A stretch of 64,000 nt of DNA from Candidatus Poriferihabitaceae bacterium (lineage in GTDB: Bacteria > Pseudomonadota > Gammaproteobacteria > Arenicellales > Poriferihabitantaceae): NCBI GenBank assembly GCA_965249835.1, contig CBDFMY010000003.1, positions 289,602 through 353,601 of the forward strand. The letters run 5' to 3'. The position numbers and the translations under genes are program-made. Numbering within the stretch: position 1 is the stretch's first letter; each line of letters starts with the position of its first letter. Shown piece after piece: positions 24,851 through 35,323 of this stretch. The notes beneath the pieces are model-generated. The model was not told the origin of the DNA, ran no database searches, and saw only the letters and a list, made by a program, of their open reading frames with translations.

Positions 24851-25240
24851 TTACTTGAGTTCGGCTGTGCCGCCGGCTTCCTCAATTTGCTTTTTGAAGC
24901 CTTCGGCTTCCTCTTTATTGATGCCTTCTTTGACTGGCGGACCGCCCGGTGCGGCTTCCACCAGATCCTTTGCCTCCCTGAGGCCAAGGGCGGTGATAGC
25001 ACGCACCGCTTTGATTACGCCGACTTTTTTGTCGCCGAAACCGGTCAGCAGCAGATTGAACTCGGTTTGCTCATCGACTACTTCGGCGGCACCGGATGCG
25101 ACTCCGGGAGCTGCGGCTACCGCGACTGCCGCAGACGCGGAGACACCGAATTTCTCTTCCATGTCCTTGATTAACTCGGACAGGTCAAGCACCGACATCT
25201 CGGCGATGCCATCGAGGATTTCTTGTTTGCTTAAAGCCAT
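24851..25240 (-). CDS. rplL: 50S ribosomal protein L7/L12
   Basis: 129 aa, [33 protein letters not shown]... Confidence 0.97.
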   Translation of the reverse strand: MALSKQEILDGIAEMSVLDLSELIKDMEEKFGVSASAAVAVAAAPGVASGAAEVVDEQTEFNLLLTGFGDKKVGVIKAVRAITALGLREAKDLVEAAPGGPPVKEGINKEEAEGFKKQIEEAGGTAELK

Positions 25241-25330
25241 GGTTTGTTTCTCCTGATAACTATAAAACGAAAAAAAAAATTAAATTTCAGTGAATGAATG
25301 TGCGTACGATGAGCCAATAACACCGCGTGA

Positions 25331-25855
25331 CTAAGCCGCCTCTTTTGACTGCGCAAGCGCGGCGGTGGTGCGAACGAAACGGGCCGGAATCTCGCCCAGA
25401 GTCGCCGCCAACTTTCGTATCGGCGCCGCCATAGTGCCAACCAGTTGCGCAATGAGTTGGTCGCGCCCCGGCAGTTTTGCCAAACCGCTGATGGTACCGA
25501 CATCAATCAGCGCACCGTTCATGACGCCCACGGTAATCTTAAAGTCATCGTTGTCTTTGGCGAACCGCGCCATTACCCGCGCCACCGCGACCGGATCTTC
25601 ACCTGCCGAAAAAATCACCGGACCGGTGAAATGTTCGCTCAAACACGCGAAGTCGGAACCTTCAATAACGCGCTTGGCAAGGCTGTTTTTGACTACCCTT
25701 ACCCACACGCCCTGATTGTGCGCTTCGCCGCGTAAAGCGGTCAGTTGCGCAACGGTTAATCCGCGATACTCGGCAAGCACACCAGCCTGTGCCGAAGCAA
25801 TCGCCTCGGACACATCGCTAACCACTGTCTTTTTCTGCTCAAGACTCAGACTCAT
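25331..25855 (-). CDS. rplJ: 50S ribosomal protein L10
   Basis: The start is refined to ATG 25855 (MSLSLEQKKTVV), with GAGGAG 8 nt upstream. The track start at 25864 is a GTG three codons earlier. Confidence 0.95.
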   Translation of the reverse strand: MSLSLEQKKTVVSDVSEAIASAQAGVLAEYRGLTVAQLTALRGEAHNQGVWVRVVKNSLAKRVIEGSDFACLSEHFTGPVIFSAGEDPVAVARVMARFAKDNDDFKITVGVMNGALIDVGTISGLAKLPGRDQLIAQLVGTMAAPIRKLAATLGEIPARFVRTTAALAQSKEAA

Positions 25856-26071
25856 AACGAGCACTCCTCACTGAAAAATGGCGCGCCGCCGCGGGCTGAT
25901 GCCCGAACCAGAACCGCCGTCTGCGCCGGCCCCTTGCCCACTAAACTTTCGTGGGCGGGGATTTAAGAACCTTGCGGCTCACCTGCGGTCTTTGACAATT
26001 CCCCATTCACTACGACCAGTAATTCAGGAGAATCACAAAACTAAAGCGCAAAATTAAAAGATAACTTCACC
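25856..26071 (-). promoter_or_regulatory. Long rplJ 5' leader (position of the L10(L12)4 autoregulatory leader in gammaproteobacteria)
   Basis: A 216-nt non-coding, G+C-rich, hairpin-prone spacer lies between rplA and rplJ. The assignment rests on position only. Confidence 0.3.
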
Positions 26072-26833
26072 CTATCGAATCGCGGCGATGCTGCCACGCT
26101 CCACCGATATGCCGGGGCCCATGGTGCTGGACAACGCCACCCGATAAATGTATTGCCCCTTGCTGGAAGCGGGCTTTGATTTAATCAATGCGGCAACCAA
26201 CGCATTCAGGTTTTCCGCCAGATCTTCCGGCGCAAAAGAAACCTTGCCGATCGGGCAGTGAATCAGCCCGGCTTTGTCGATGCGATACTGCACCTGACCG
26301 GCCTTGGCATCCCGTACCGCCTTGCTGACATCGGTGGTCACGGTGCCGACCTTGGGATTCGGCATCAAGCCGCGCGGCCCAAGCACCTGCCCCAGTTGCC
26401 CGACGATGCGCATGGCATCCGGAGTGGCGATGCACAGGTCAAATTCTATGCGCCCTTGTTTGACGGCATCCGCCAGATCATCCAACCCGACCAAATCGGC
26501 ACCGGCAGCGCGCGCCGCTTCGGCGTTTTCGCCATCGGCAAACACCGCCACCCGCACCGTTTTACCGGTGCCTTTGGGCAACACCGTGGCACCACGAACG
26601 TTCTGGTCGGATTTGCGCGCATTGACCCCAAGGTTGACCGCCGCGTCCACCGATTCATCAAACTTCGCCGAGGCCAATTCTTTGACCAGCGACAGCGCTT
26701 GGTTCAGCGGATATAGTTTTTCGCGGTCGATTTTCTCAACCGCCGCACGAATTCTTTTACCGCCGCCGCCAATGGGTTTAGTGCCGGATTTGATGCCGGT
26801 TTGGGTTTCGGTTTTGATTGGTTCTTTTGCCAT
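26072..26833 (-). CDS. rplA: 50S ribosomal protein L1 (with an N-terminal ~20-aa insertion)
   Basis: 253 aa, with ...[29 protein letters not shown]...[17 protein letters not shown]. Its ATG lies 2 nt after the rplK stop. Confidence 0.96.
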   Translation of the reverse strand: MAKEPIKTETQTGIKSGTKPIGGGGKRIRAAVEKIDREKLYPLNQALSLVKELASAKFDESVDAAVNLGVNARKSDQNVRGATVLPKGTGKTVRVAVFADGENAEAARAAGADLVGLDDLADAVKQGRIEFDLCIATPDAMRIVGQLGQVLGPRGLMPNPKVGTVTTDVSKAVRDAKAGQVQYRIDKAGLIHCPIGKVSFAPEDLAENLNALVAALIKSKPASSKGQYIYRVALSSTMGPGISVERGSIAAIR

Positions 26834-26835
26834 GA

Positions 26836-27267
26836 CTACACGCCCTCGGTTTCAATGCCCATGCTGCGGGCACTGCCGGCGATAATGCGCACTGCGCGCT
26901 CAAGGTCATATGAGTTCAAATCGGGCTCTTTGGTTTTGGCGATTTCCTCAAGTTGCGTGCGGGTCACGGTGCCGACTTTGTCGCGGTTGGGGGTGCCACT
27001 GCCTTTGTCCACGCCCGCGGCTTTTTTAAGCAACACCGAGGCCGGCGGAGTTTTTTTGATGTAATCAAAACTCTTATCGGTATACACCGTAATCACCACC
27101 GGAATCGGCAATCCCTTTTCCATATCCGCGGTCTCGGCGTTGAACGCTTTGCAAAAATCCATGATGTTGACGCCGTGCTGCCCCAGCGCCGGACCCACCG
27201 GTGGGCTCGGTTTGGCCTCCCCTGCGGGCACCTGCAATTTAACAAATGCGTCTATTTTCTTTGCCAT
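26836..27267 (-). CDS. rplK: 50S ribosomal protein L11
   Basis: The start is refined to [34 protein letters not shown] (ATG 27267). Confidence 0.96.
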   Translation of the reverse strand: MAKKIDAFVKLQVPAGEAKPSPPVGPALGQHGVNIMDFCKAFNAETADMEKGLPIPVVITVYTDKSFDYIKKTPPASVLLKKAAGVDKGSGTPNRDKVGTVTRTQLEEIAKTKEPDLNSYDLERAVRIIAGSARSMGIETEGV

Positions 27268-27365
27268 GATTGACTCCTTCGGGTGCAAACGCCCGGGCTT
27301 TCGCGCCAGACTGCCCGGTTATGGTGTATCGTGATTAATTTCATCGGGTTCATCGGGTGAATGTT

Positions 27366-27983
27366 TCAGCCTTTGGCAACGTGAATGAAATCCAGTTCCA
27401 CCGGCGTCGAACGCCCGAGGATCGTGACCGAAACGCGCAGTTTCGCTTTTTCAAAATTGACATCTTCCACGGTTCCGTTGAACTCCGCGAACGGCCCATC
27501 AATAATCCGCACCAACTCCCCGGGCGCGAAAGTGAACTTCATCTTCGGCTTGTCCACGCTGTCCGAGACCTGCTGAATAATTTCCTCGGCTTCGCGGTCG
27601 GTAATCGGCATCGGACGGTTTTCGGTGCCGCCGATGAACCCGGCCACCCGCGGCACGCTCTTGACCAGATGCCAACTTTCATCGGTCATGTGCATGTGCA
27701 CCAGCACATAACCGGGGAAAAATTTTCGCTCGCTGGTGCGCTTCTGGCCGCCTTTCATTTCTACCACTTCTTCGGTGGGCACCAGAATTTCACCGAAATA
27801 TTCCCGCATATCACTGCGATCAATATACTCGCGCAGGGATTTCTGCACGTGCTTCTCATAGCCGGAAAACGCCTGGATTACATACCAGCGTTTGTCCTGC
27901 TTGCCATCGGCATGGTCTTTGGCGTCGGAATCGTTCTGCGCCGTCGCTTGTTCGGTTGTTGGTTCGGTTGCTTGTTCAGTCAT
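27366..27983 (-). CDS. nusG: Transcription termination/antitermination factor NusG
   Basis: 205 aa, with [19 protein letters not shown] and [27 protein letters not shown]. It carries an acidic/Thr-rich N-terminal extension. Confidence 0.95.
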   Translation of the reverse strand: MTEQATEPTTEQATAQNDSDAKDHADGKQDKRWYVIQAFSGYEKHVQKSLREYIDRSDMREYFGEILVPTEEVVEMKGGQKRTSERKFFPGYVLVHMHMTDESWHLVKSVPRVAGFIGGTENRPMPITDREAEEIIQQVSDSVDKPKMKFTFAPGELVRIIDGPFAEFNGTVEDVNFEKAKLRVSVTILGRSTPVELDFIHVAKG

Positions 27984-28019
27984 AATGTTCGGTCATGGCT
28001 TTTGGTTTTCTGCGATTGC

Positions 28020-28322
28020 CTAACTGCCTTTCAGCCCAAGAATCAGGTCGTAAATGCCATAAAACGACAACGAATCCAGTAGCCACAAATACAACCCAAA
28101 CAAAATCACCATGACGATCACCAGTCCGGTAACCTGCATGGCTTCGCGTCGCCCCGGCCACACCATTTTCTGGCGTTCGACATTCGCGCCTTTGGCGAAC
28201 ACCACCACCGCTCTGCCCGCATCGGTGGTCAAGGTGAGCGCGCAAGCGGCTACCACGCCGGCCAGCACCGCACCGACCCGGGCAATCTGCAACCAATCGC
28301 TAAACTGGTAATAGACCGCCAC
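28020..28322 (-). CDS. secE: Preprotein translocase subunit SecE (start codon unresolved)
   Basis: It has the conserved C-terminal TM and hinge ...VERQKMVWPGRREAMQVTGLVIVMVILFGLYLW. The only canonical start is GTG 28322. A TM1-like sequence continues in frame upstream to a TGA at 28383-28385, with no ATG/GTG/TTG in between. Confidence 0.8.
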   Translation of the reverse strand: MAVYYQFSDWLQIARVGAVLAGVVAACALTLTTDAGRAVVVFAKGANVERQKMVWPGRREAMQVTGLVIVMVILFGLYLWLLDSLSFYGIYDLILGLKGS

Positions 28323-28405
28323 CGCGGCGGCGATAATCAGTCCGGCGAGAATGAGTTTAATCTTGTCTATGGCTGCAAAACCTCAGGTTCAGATGCTCCA
28401 CGGTT

Positions 28406-28481
28406 TGGCAGGCCAGGAGGGAATCGAACCCCCAACCTGCGGTTTTGGAGACCGCCGCTCTGCCAATTGAGCTACTGGCCT
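28406..28481 (-). tRNA. trnW: tRNA-Trp (anticodon CCA), 76 nt with encoded CCA end
   Basis: The reverse complement is AGGCCAGTAGCTCAATTGGCAGAGCGGCGGTCTCCAAAACCGCAGGTTGGGGGTTCGATTCCCTCCTGGCCTGCCA. It folds as a cloverleaf with a 7-bp acceptor stem, anticodon loop CTCCAAA and T-loop TTCGATT. Confidence 0.95.
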
Positions 28482-28518
28482 TCTACACAAAACTTCCAGA
28501 CAACTTTTCCTCTGCCAC

Positions 28519-29709
28519 TCACGCAATAATTTTGGTGACCACGCCGGCACCAACGGTGCGTCCGCCTTCGCGTATCGCAAAGCGCAAACTTTCCTCCATC
28601 GCAATCGGCGCAATCAACTCGGCCGAGAGTTTTACATTGTCACCCGGCATGACCATCTCCACCTCCGCCGGCAACTCCACCGCTCCGGTTACATCCGTGG
28701 TGCGAAAGTAAAACTGCGGACGATAGCCCTTGAAAAATGGCGTATGACGACCGCCTTCTTCTTTCGACAGAACATAAACCTCGGCCTCAAACTTGGTGTG
28801 CGGCGTGATCGATTTGGGCTTCGCCAATACCTGCCCGCGTTCTACTTCTTCGCGCTTGGTGCCACGAAGCAAAATGCCAACATTGTCGCCGGCGCGACCT
28901 TCGTCCAATAATTTGCGGAACATCTCCACGCCGGTGCAGGTGCTGCTGGCGGTCTCTCGTATGCCAACGATGGCGAGTTCCTCGCCCACCTTGATCACAC
29001 CCCGTTCTATGCGTCCGGTCACCACCGTGCCGCGACCGGAAATAGAAAATACATCCTCCACCGGCATCAGGAAATCACCATCCACCGCCCGCTCCGGCTG
29101 TGGAATGTAACTGTCCAGTGCTTCGGCCAGTTTGATGATGGAGCCGGCACCCATGTCCGACTCATCGCCTTCCAGTGCTTTCAGAGCGCTGCCGGTGATA
29201 ATCGGCGTCTGCTCGCCGGGGAAGTCATAACTATCCAATAACTCGCGCACTTCCATCTCCACCAACTCCAGCAACTCGGCATCGTCCACCATGTCGGCTT
29301 TGTTCAAATACACCACGATATACGGCACTCCCACCTGACGCGCCAGCAGAATGTGCTCGCGGGTCTGCGGCATGGGACCATCGGCGGCGCTGACCACTAC
29401 AATCGCGCCGTCCATCTGCGCCGCGCCGGTGATCATGTTCTTGACATAATCGGCGTGCCCCGGACAGTCCACATGGGCATAGTGGCGGGCTTCGGTCTCG
29501 TATTCGACATGCGCGGTGGCGATGGTGATGCCGCGCTCGCGCTCCTCCGGCGCATTGTCAATATCGGCAAACGCCTTGCTCTCACCGCCATACTTACTCG
29601 ACAGCACCCGCGTCATGGCCGCCGTCAAAGTCGTCTTGCCATGATCTACATGGCCAATCGTGCCGACATTTACATGCGGCTTGGTTCTTTCAAATTTCGC
29701 TTTAGCCAT
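28519..29709 (-). CDS. tuf: Elongation factor Tu
   Basis: 396 aa, with [18 protein letters not shown] and NKADM. Confidence 0.98.
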   Translation of the reverse strand: MAKAKFERTKPHVNVGTIGHVDHGKTTLTAAMTRVLSSKYGGESKAFADIDNAPEERERGITIATAHVEYETEARHYAHVDCPGHADYVKNMITGAAQMDGAIVVVSAADGPMPQTREHILLARQVGVPYIVVYLNKADMVDDAELLELVEMEVRELLDSYDFPGEQTPIITGSALKALEGDESDMGAGSIIKLAEALDSYIPQPERAVDGDFLMPVEDVFSISGRGTVVTGRIERGVIKVGEELAIVGIRETASSTCTGVEMFRKLLDEGRAGDNVGILLRGTKREEVERGQVLAKPKSITPHTKFEAEVYVLSKEEGGRHTPFFKGYRPQFYFRTTDVTGAVELPAEVEMVMPGDNVKLSAELIAPIAMEESLRFAIREGGRTVGAGVVTKIIA

Positions 29710-29754
29710 TGTCGTCTCCTAAGTTTGCTCTAAAGATTTAATTCAACATTTCGA

Positions 29755-31854
29755 TTAAGCAGCCTTGATGGCTTCGGCCACACTGACCGGAACCGGCGCG
29801 TATTTCTGAAATTCCATGGTGTAGGTGGCGCGCCCTTGCGTCGCCGAACGCAACGCCGTGGCGTAGCCGAACATCTCCGACAGCGGCACCTCGGCTTTGA
29901 CCACCTTGCCGCCGGGCGAGTCATCCATCTCCTGAATCATGCCGCGCCGCGAACTCAAATCACCGGTGACGCTACCCATGTATTCTTCCGGCGTGACCAC
30001 TTCCACCGCCATCAGCGGCTCAAGAATCTGCGGCTTCGCCTGACGCACACCTTCCTTGAAAGCCTGAATGCCGGCCGCCTTGAACGCGTGTTCGGACGAA
30101 TCCACTTCGTGATAGGAGCCGTAATACAAGGTTGCCTTGATATCAATCACCGGATAACCGGCGATTACCCCGGACTGCATCGCCTCCTGAACGCCCTTGT
30201 CCACCGACGGGATGTATTCCCGCGGAATTACGCCACCCTTAATTGCATCGACAAACTCGTAGCCGCTGCCTAACTCACGCGGCTCGAGACGAAGGAACAC
30301 ATGCCCATATTGTCCGCGTCCGCCAGTTTGCTTGACGTATTTATGTTCCCGCTCCACCGTCTCGGTGATGGTTTCGCGATACGCCACCTGCGGCCTGCCG
30401 ATATTGGCGGCGACATTGAACTCGCGCTTGAGGCGATCAATGATGATCTCCAAGTGCAACTCGCCCATGCCGGAGATGATGGTCTGACCCGATTCTTCGT
30501 CTGAACTGACGCGGAACGACGGATCTTCTTTTGCCAACTTGCCGAGCGCAATGCCGAGTTTCTCCTGATCGCTTTTGGTTTTTGGCTCCACCGCCTGGGA
30601 AATGACCGGCTGCGGGAACTCCATGCGCTCCAACACCACTTCGGCGCTCTGGTCGCACAGGGTGTCGCCGGTGGTCACATACTTAAGCCCGACCGCGGCG
30701 GCGATGTCACCGGCACGAACTTCTTTGATGTCCTCGCGGTTATTGGAATGCATCTGCAAGATGCGGCCGACGCGCTCTTTTTTTCTTTTGACCGAGTTAT
30801 ACACGGTCTGCCCGGAGCCGAGCACACCGGAATAAACCCGGAAGAAAACCAACTGCCCGAAAAACGGATCGGACATGATTTTGAAACCGAGCGCGGCGAA
30901 CGGCTCGTCGTCATCGGGTTTGCGCACGACTTCGGTTTTGCCGTCTCCATCAACGCTGGAATGTCCGATGATAGGCGGCACATCGAGCGGGCTCGGCAGG
31001 TAATCCACCACGCCGTCCAGCATCGCTTGTACGCCTTTGTTTTTGAACGCCGACCCGCAAAACACCGGGATGACTTCGTTACTCAAAGTACGGATGCGGA
31101 TGCCTTTTCTGATGTCATCTTGGTCGAGGCTTCCCTTGTCGAAATATTTTTCCATCAATCCCTCGTCGGACTCCACCGCGGCCTCGACCAGTTTTTCATG
31201 ATACTCCTCGCACAATTTCAGCAAATGCTGCGGAATGTCGCACTCCTCAAACTTGGTACCCATGGCATCCTGATCCCAGTGCAACGCCTTCATCTTTGCC
31301 AGATCCACCACACCCTTGAAGCCTTCTTCGACACCGATGGGAACCTGCATGACCACCGGGTTGGCGCCCAGACGGGTGCGAATCTGCCCGACCACGCGGA
31401 AGAAATCCGCACCGATGCGGTCCATTTTATTGACGAAGGCCATGCGTGGGACATGGTATTTGTTGGCTTGACGCCATACCGTCTCGGACTGCGGCTCGCA
31501 TCCGCCGACCGCGCAAAACACCGCCACCGCGCCATCCAACACGCGCAACGAGCGTTCCACTTCAATGGTGAAGTCAACATGGCCGGGGGTGTCGATGATG
31601 TTGATGCGGTGCTGCGGATATTGCCGCCCCATGCCCGACCAAAAGCAAGTGGTGGCGGCCGAGGTGATGGTGATGCCGCGTTCCTGCTCTTGCTCCATCC
31701 AGTCCATCACCGCGTTGCCGTCGTGCACCTCGCCCATCTTGTGCGACAGGCCGGTGTAGAACAATACGCGCTCGGTGGTCGTGGTCTTGCCGGCATCAAT
31801 GTGCGCCATGATGCCGATGTTGCGGTAACGTTCAAGCGGAGTTTGTCTTGCCAC
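29755..31854 (-). CDS. fusA: Elongation factor G
   Basis: 699 aa, [28 protein letters not shown], with DTPGHVDF. It has a GTG start at 31854-31852. Confidence 0.98.
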   Translation of the reverse strand: MARQTPLERYRNIGIMAHIDAGKTTTTERVLFYTGLSHKMGEVHDGNAVMDWMEQEQERGITITSAATTCFWSGMGRQYPQHRINIIDTPGHVDFTIEVERSLRVLDGAVAVFCAVGGCEPQSETVWRQANKYHVPRMAFVNKMDRIGADFFRVVGQIRTRLGANPVVMQVPIGVEEGFKGVVDLAKMKALHWDQDAMGTKFEECDIPQHLLKLCEEYHEKLVEAAVESDEGLMEKYFDKGSLDQDDIRKGIRIRTLSNEVIPVFCGSAFKNKGVQAMLDGVVDYLPSPLDVPPIIGHSSVDGDGKTEVVRKPDDDEPFAALGFKIMSDPFFGQLVFFRVYSGVLGSGQTVYNSVKRKKERVGRILQMHSNNREDIKEVRAGDIAAAVGLKYVTTGDTLCDQSAEVVLERMEFPQPVISQAVEPKTKSDQEKLGIALGKLAKEDPSFRVSSDEESGQTIISGMGELHLEIIIDRLKREFNVAANIGRPQVAYRETITETVEREHKYVKQTGGRGQYGHVFLRLEPRELGSGYEFVDAIKGGVIPREYIPSVDKGVQEAMQSGVIAGYPVIDIKATLYYGSYHEVDSSEHAFKAAGIQAFKEGVRQAKPQILEPLMAVEVVTPEEYMGSVTGDLSSRRGMIQEMDDSPGGKVVKAEVPLSEMFGYATALRSATQGRATYTMEFQKYAPVPVSVAEAIKAA

Positions 31855-31880
31855 TTTATTGACTCGGGTAATTCGCGTTA

Positions 31881-31926
31881 ATCAAAATCAATCAAAATTG
31901 AAATCAAAATTGAAATCAAAATTCAA
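31881..31926. repeat. 12-bp AT-rich tandem repeat in the rpsG-fusA spacer
   Basis: ATCAAAATCA (partial) is followed by ATCAAAATTGAA, ATCAAAATTGAA and ATCAAAATTCAA. Confidence 0.85.
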
Positions 31927-31945
31927 AGGCCATTCAAAGCACCAA

Positions 31946-32416
31946 CTAAAAACGATAGTGCGAAAACGCCTTGTTGGCTTCCGCCATCTTCAGTGTGTCT
32001 TCGCGTTTTTTCACCGCGCTGCCGCGCTCTTCGGACGCATCCATCAACTCGCCGGCCAGCCGTGCGGTCATGGATTTCTCGTTGCGCTTGCGCGCCGCGA
32101 TAACCAGCCAGCGCATGGCAAGCGCCAACTGCCGATTGGGGCGAACCTCCACCGGAATCTGGTAGGTCGCGCCCCCGACTCGACGGCTTTTCACTTCAAC
32201 GCCGGGGCTCACTTTTTCAATGGCCGTATTGAACACCTCGACCGGGTCCTCCTTGCCGCGCTCCTTGATGATTTCAAGCGCGTCATACAGAATCTTCTCG
32301 GCAATGGATTTTTTGCCGCACCGCATCATGATGTTGATGAACTTCGCAATCGTCCGATCCTTGTATTTCGGATCGGGCAGAATGTCCCGTTTCGGTACTT
32401 CTCTTCGTCTTGGCAT
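31946..32416 (-). CDS. rpsG: 30S ribosomal protein S7
   Basis: 156 aa, [18 protein letters not shown]... Confidence 0.97.
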   Translation of the reverse strand: MPRRREVPKRDILPDPKYKDRTIAKFINIMMRCGKKSIAEKILYDALEIIKERGKEDPVEVFNTAIEKVSPGVEVKSRRVGGATYQIPVEVRPNRQLALAMRWLVIAARKRNEKSMTARLAGELMDASEERGSAVKKREDTLKMAEANKAFSHYRF

Positions 32417-32592
32417 CGTTCAACTCGCTACTAAAAAAATCACATCACTGGACCGGATACGGGCGAACATCGGCACAGACAACAAACCCGCCTTTGCCTT
32501 GTCGAGCAAGGTCGGGAGTTCACCATTTGTCGGTAGCCGGACGCCCGTCACGCATGGGACCGTCCGCGGACCGCTCGCATCATCTGCGCGGT

Positions 32593-32967
32593 CTATGACT
32601 TGGGACGCTTTGCCCCGTATTTGGATCGCCCCTGACGGCGGTCGGACACGCCCGAAGTATCCAGCGCGCCACGCACGGTGTGATACCGCACCCCGGGCAA
32701 ATCTTTGACACGACCCCCGCGCAACAGCACCACCGAGTGCTCCTGAAGGTTATGCCCTTCGCCACCGATATAAGTGGTGACCTCAAATCCATTGGTCAAT
32801 CGGACGCGCGCTACCTTGCGCAACGCTGAATTCGGCTTTTTCGGCGTAGTCGTATAGACCCGCGTACATACGCCCCGCTTCTGCGGACACGCCTGCAACG
32901 CAGGGACGTTGGACTTCTTCACCTGCCGCGCACGCGGATTTCTAACCAGTTGGTTTAATGTCGGCAT
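32593..32967 (-). CDS. rpsL: 30S ribosomal protein S12
   Basis: The start is refined to [24 protein letters not shown] (ATG 32967), giving 124 aa. Confidence 0.97.
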   Translation of the reverse strand: MPTLNQLVRNPRARQVKKSNVPALQACPQKRGVCTRVYTTTPKKPNSALRKVARVRLTNGFEVTTYIGGEGHNLQEHSVVLLRGGRVKDLPGVRYHTVRGALDTSGVSDRRQGRSKYGAKRPKS

Positions 32968-33088
32968 GTGCCAGATTCGCTCAGTTTCAGTTCGTTTTCG
33001 TGCAAGTTGTCTTGTCAATCGGGGCTTCGTGTGCCGCCCAACATTCTAAAAGAACCCTAAAACCCGACACAATTTCAAAGGGCGCGGG

Positions 33089-33118
33089 ATTTTATGCCGT
33101 GTCAGGGGCGGCTGTCAA
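33089..33118 (-). promoter_or_regulatory. Sigma70-type promoter for the rpsL-led operon
   Basis: The minus strand reads TTGACA (33118-33113), an 18-nt spacer, then TAAAAT (33094-33089). It lies ~120 nt upstream of the rpsL ATG. Confidence 0.6.
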
Positions 33119-33178
33119 GCGTGATTTGGGTGTCCGGAGATAATATTTGCCCCCGGGCGGGGGATTGAGCGGAAGTGT

Positions 33179-33204
33179 CAAAAAGTGGCGAAAATGGTAG
33201 CCAC
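33179..33204 (-). terminator. Candidate intrinsic terminator after the DegT-type aminotransferase gene
   Basis: The minus strand reads GTGGC, a 10-nt loop, GCCAC, then TTTTTG. The stem is only 5 bp. Confidence 0.35.
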
Positions 33205-33224
33205 ACTGATTTTCCGGGCTGACT

Positions 33225-34355
33225 CTACGGTTTTCCCACCGCTTCTTTCACCGCCCGGATGATTTTCATCTGCTCGTCCTCTTCCAGATACGGATGAACC
33301 GGCAGGCTGAACACCTGCTCCGAGAGCATTTCCGAGACCGGCAGGCTGAGGTCGGCACCGTCGGTGTCGCTGAAAACCGGTTGGCGATGCAGCGGATGCG
33401 GATAGTAAATCGCGGTGGGGATATCCCGGGATTGCAGGTGGGCGCAGATCGCATCGCGCTGGTCGCTTTGGCCGCAACGCACCGTGTATTGCGCCCAGGC
33501 ACTTTCGCAACCGCCGGGGATTCGGGGCGGGATGACCACGCCATCCAACTCGCTGGTGTAAATCTCTGCGACCCGGCGGCGGGCCGCGAGTTCGCGGTCG
33601 AAGATTTTGAGTTTGCACTGCAACACCGCCGCCTGGATGGTGTCCATGCGGCCGGTGATGCCGATGCGAACATTGTCGTATTGGTTGGTGCCCATGCCGT
33701 GCACACGGATGGAGCGCGCCAGTTCCGCGAGTTCATCGTCATCGGTGAAAAGCGCGCCGCCGTCGCCGTAACCGCCCAGAGGTTTTGTCGGGAAAAAACT
33801 GGTGGCGGCCATATCACCGAAGGCACCCGCCTTCTTGCCATTGCGCACGCCGCCAAAACTTTGTGCGGCATCGGCCAGCACAAACAAATCGTTGGCTTCG
33901 GCGATTGCTTCAATGGCGTCGTAATCTGCCGGCAACCCGAACAGGTCCACCGGAATAATGCCGCGCAAGCGCAACTTGCCCTGAGCGCGGATGCGCGCCA
34001 CGGTCTCGGCAAGACGCACCGGGTCGATGAGGTAAGTGTCTTCCTCGACATCGACAAACACCGTGGTGGCACCCAGCAACTGAATCACTTCGGCGGTGGC
34101 CACGAAAGTGAACGGCGGGGCCATGACCGCATCTCCGGGCCCGACCCGATACGCCAGCAACGCCATCAACAACGCGTCGGTGCCGCTGGCGGCGGTGATG
34201 GCGTGTTTCACTCCGCAATAATCGGCAAGTTCCTGCTCCAGCGCGCGCACTTCGGGCCCCATAATGAACTGACCGTGCGCCAGCACTCGCTCGATTGCCT
34301 CGCGAATTTCATTTTCGATTGCCCGGAACTGGGCATTCAGGTCAACGAATTTCAT
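33225..34355 (-). CDS. DegT/DnrJ/EryC1/StrS-family PLP-dependent (sugar) aminotransferase
   Basis: 376 aa, MKFVDLNAQFRAIENEIREAIERVLAHGQFIMGPEV..., with PLP-Lys region SFFPTKPLGGYGDGG. It has a 4-nt overlap with the upstream gene. Confidence 0.9.
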   Translation of the reverse strand: MKFVDLNAQFRAIENEIREAIERVLAHGQFIMGPEVRALEQELADYCGVKHAITAASGTDALLMALLAYRVGPGDAVMAPPFTFVATAEVIQLLGATTVFVDVEEDTYLIDPVRLAETVARIRAQGKLRLRGIIPVDLFGLPADYDAIEAIAEANDLFVLADAAQSFGGVRNGKKAGAFGDMAATSFFPTKPLGGYGDGGALFTDDDELAELARSIRVHGMGTNQYDNVRIGITGRMDTIQAAVLQCKLKIFDRELAARRRVAEIYTSELDGVVIPPRIPGGCESAWAQYTVRCGQSDQRDAICAHLQSRDIPTAIYYPHPLHRQPVFSDTDGADLSLPVSEMLSEQVFSLPVHPYLEEDEQMKIIRAVKEAVGKP

Positions 34356-35323
34356 GCGTGGTTACCGAACGCGGCGATGCGCCACTGCCAGGCCCGCAAC
34401 GCCCCCCCGGCGGCGGGCGACAGGGCATTGCCGTCATGCACCAGCGCGGCGATGCCGGGGAATGGCAACGCCAGTTGAATACCGTGGAGTATTTGTTTGT
34501 CTGGTTTTTTATCCGGCTGCGCGTCCTGATGTTGTGAATCGAACAAACCGGTGACTGCGCACTGCCAAGTGGGCGAGTCCATGTCGGCGCATAGCGGCAC
34601 CTGATTGAGGTGATAGCGAATGCCCGCGCCGAGGGCTTTTCCGTAGGCTTCCTTGCGGGTCCAGCAAGCGAGCATCGCCCGTTCGCGCCACTGCACGGGA
34701 AAAGCGCGCCACGCACTTTGCTCCACCGGTGCCAGTTTGCGTTGCGCCAGCCGCGCCGCGTTAATAGTCCGTGGCCAGGTTTCCATATCGATGCCCACCT
34801 GCCGGTTCCAGGCGAAGGCATACAACGCCTTGCCACCCGATAAAGTGTAGTTGAAGCACAATTCGCCGCCGCGCAGTTGGTTCGCCAGCGATGGTTTGCC
34901 GCGCACGCCACAGGCGAAGCGCAGGTCGTCATTGGCGATGCCGGTGTAGGCACCGAGCAACCGCCGCAGAGCAATTCTGCCACCGAGATACATCGCCCGA
35001 TGGGTGCGGTCACGGTAACGCTCGGCGCGAGCCAGTTCCGGCGCAGTTAATAATGCGTGGCCCAATGCGTGGCGCAATGCGCCCTGGGGTTGCGCGTGCC
35101 GGGACGCAAGATTAACCACCTCACTCACGCCAAAATCAACCGCCCACAAATCAATGTGTCCCGACTGAAGTTCCGGCGACTTCCCATCGCTATCGTCGCC
35201 ATCGTCGCTATCGTCGTTATGGTCAGGAACGCGATGCGCCCAGTGCGGCCGGATTGCGCCGACTCCCCCATCGGCATCCGGCGGCTGGGGAGGTCGTGTT
35301 TCCGCCGCGGCGGCGTTCACCAT
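34352..35323 (-). CDS. Sfp-type 4'-phosphopantetheinyl transferase with an Asp/Ser-rich N-terminal extension
   Basis: Motifs GKPSL, FNYTLSGG, VGIDMET and WTRKEAYGKA are present. The N-terminal ~60 aa are low complexity (HNDDSDDGDDSDG). Confidence 0.85.
   Translation of the reverse strand: MVNAAAAETRPPQPPDADGGVGAIRPHWAHRVPDHNDDSDDGDDSDGKSPELQSGHIDLWAVDFGVSEVVNLASRHAQPQGALRHALGHALLTAPELARAERYRDRTHRAMYLGGRIALRRLLGAYTGIANDDLRFACGVRGKPSLANQLRGGELCFNYTLSGGKALYAFAWNRQVGIDMETWPRTINAARLAQRKLAPVEQSAWRAFPVQWRERAMLACWTRKEAYGKALGAGIRYHLNQVPLCADMDSPTWQCAVTGLFDSQHQDAQPDKKPDKQILHGIQLALPFPGIAALVHDGNALSPAAGGALRAWQWRIAAFGNHA

Noticed and set aside
30748-31881. 377-aa plus-strand ORF
   Set aside because: It is an antisense shadow of fusA.
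33266-34478. 394-aa plus-strand and 268-aa minus-strand alternative-frame ORFs
   Set aside because: They overlap the well-supported DegT-type aminotransferase frame and have a shadow-frame composition.
34342-35013. 223-aa minus-strand ORF
   Set aside because: It is an alternative frame of the PPTase gene. The PPTase frame carries all the family motifs.
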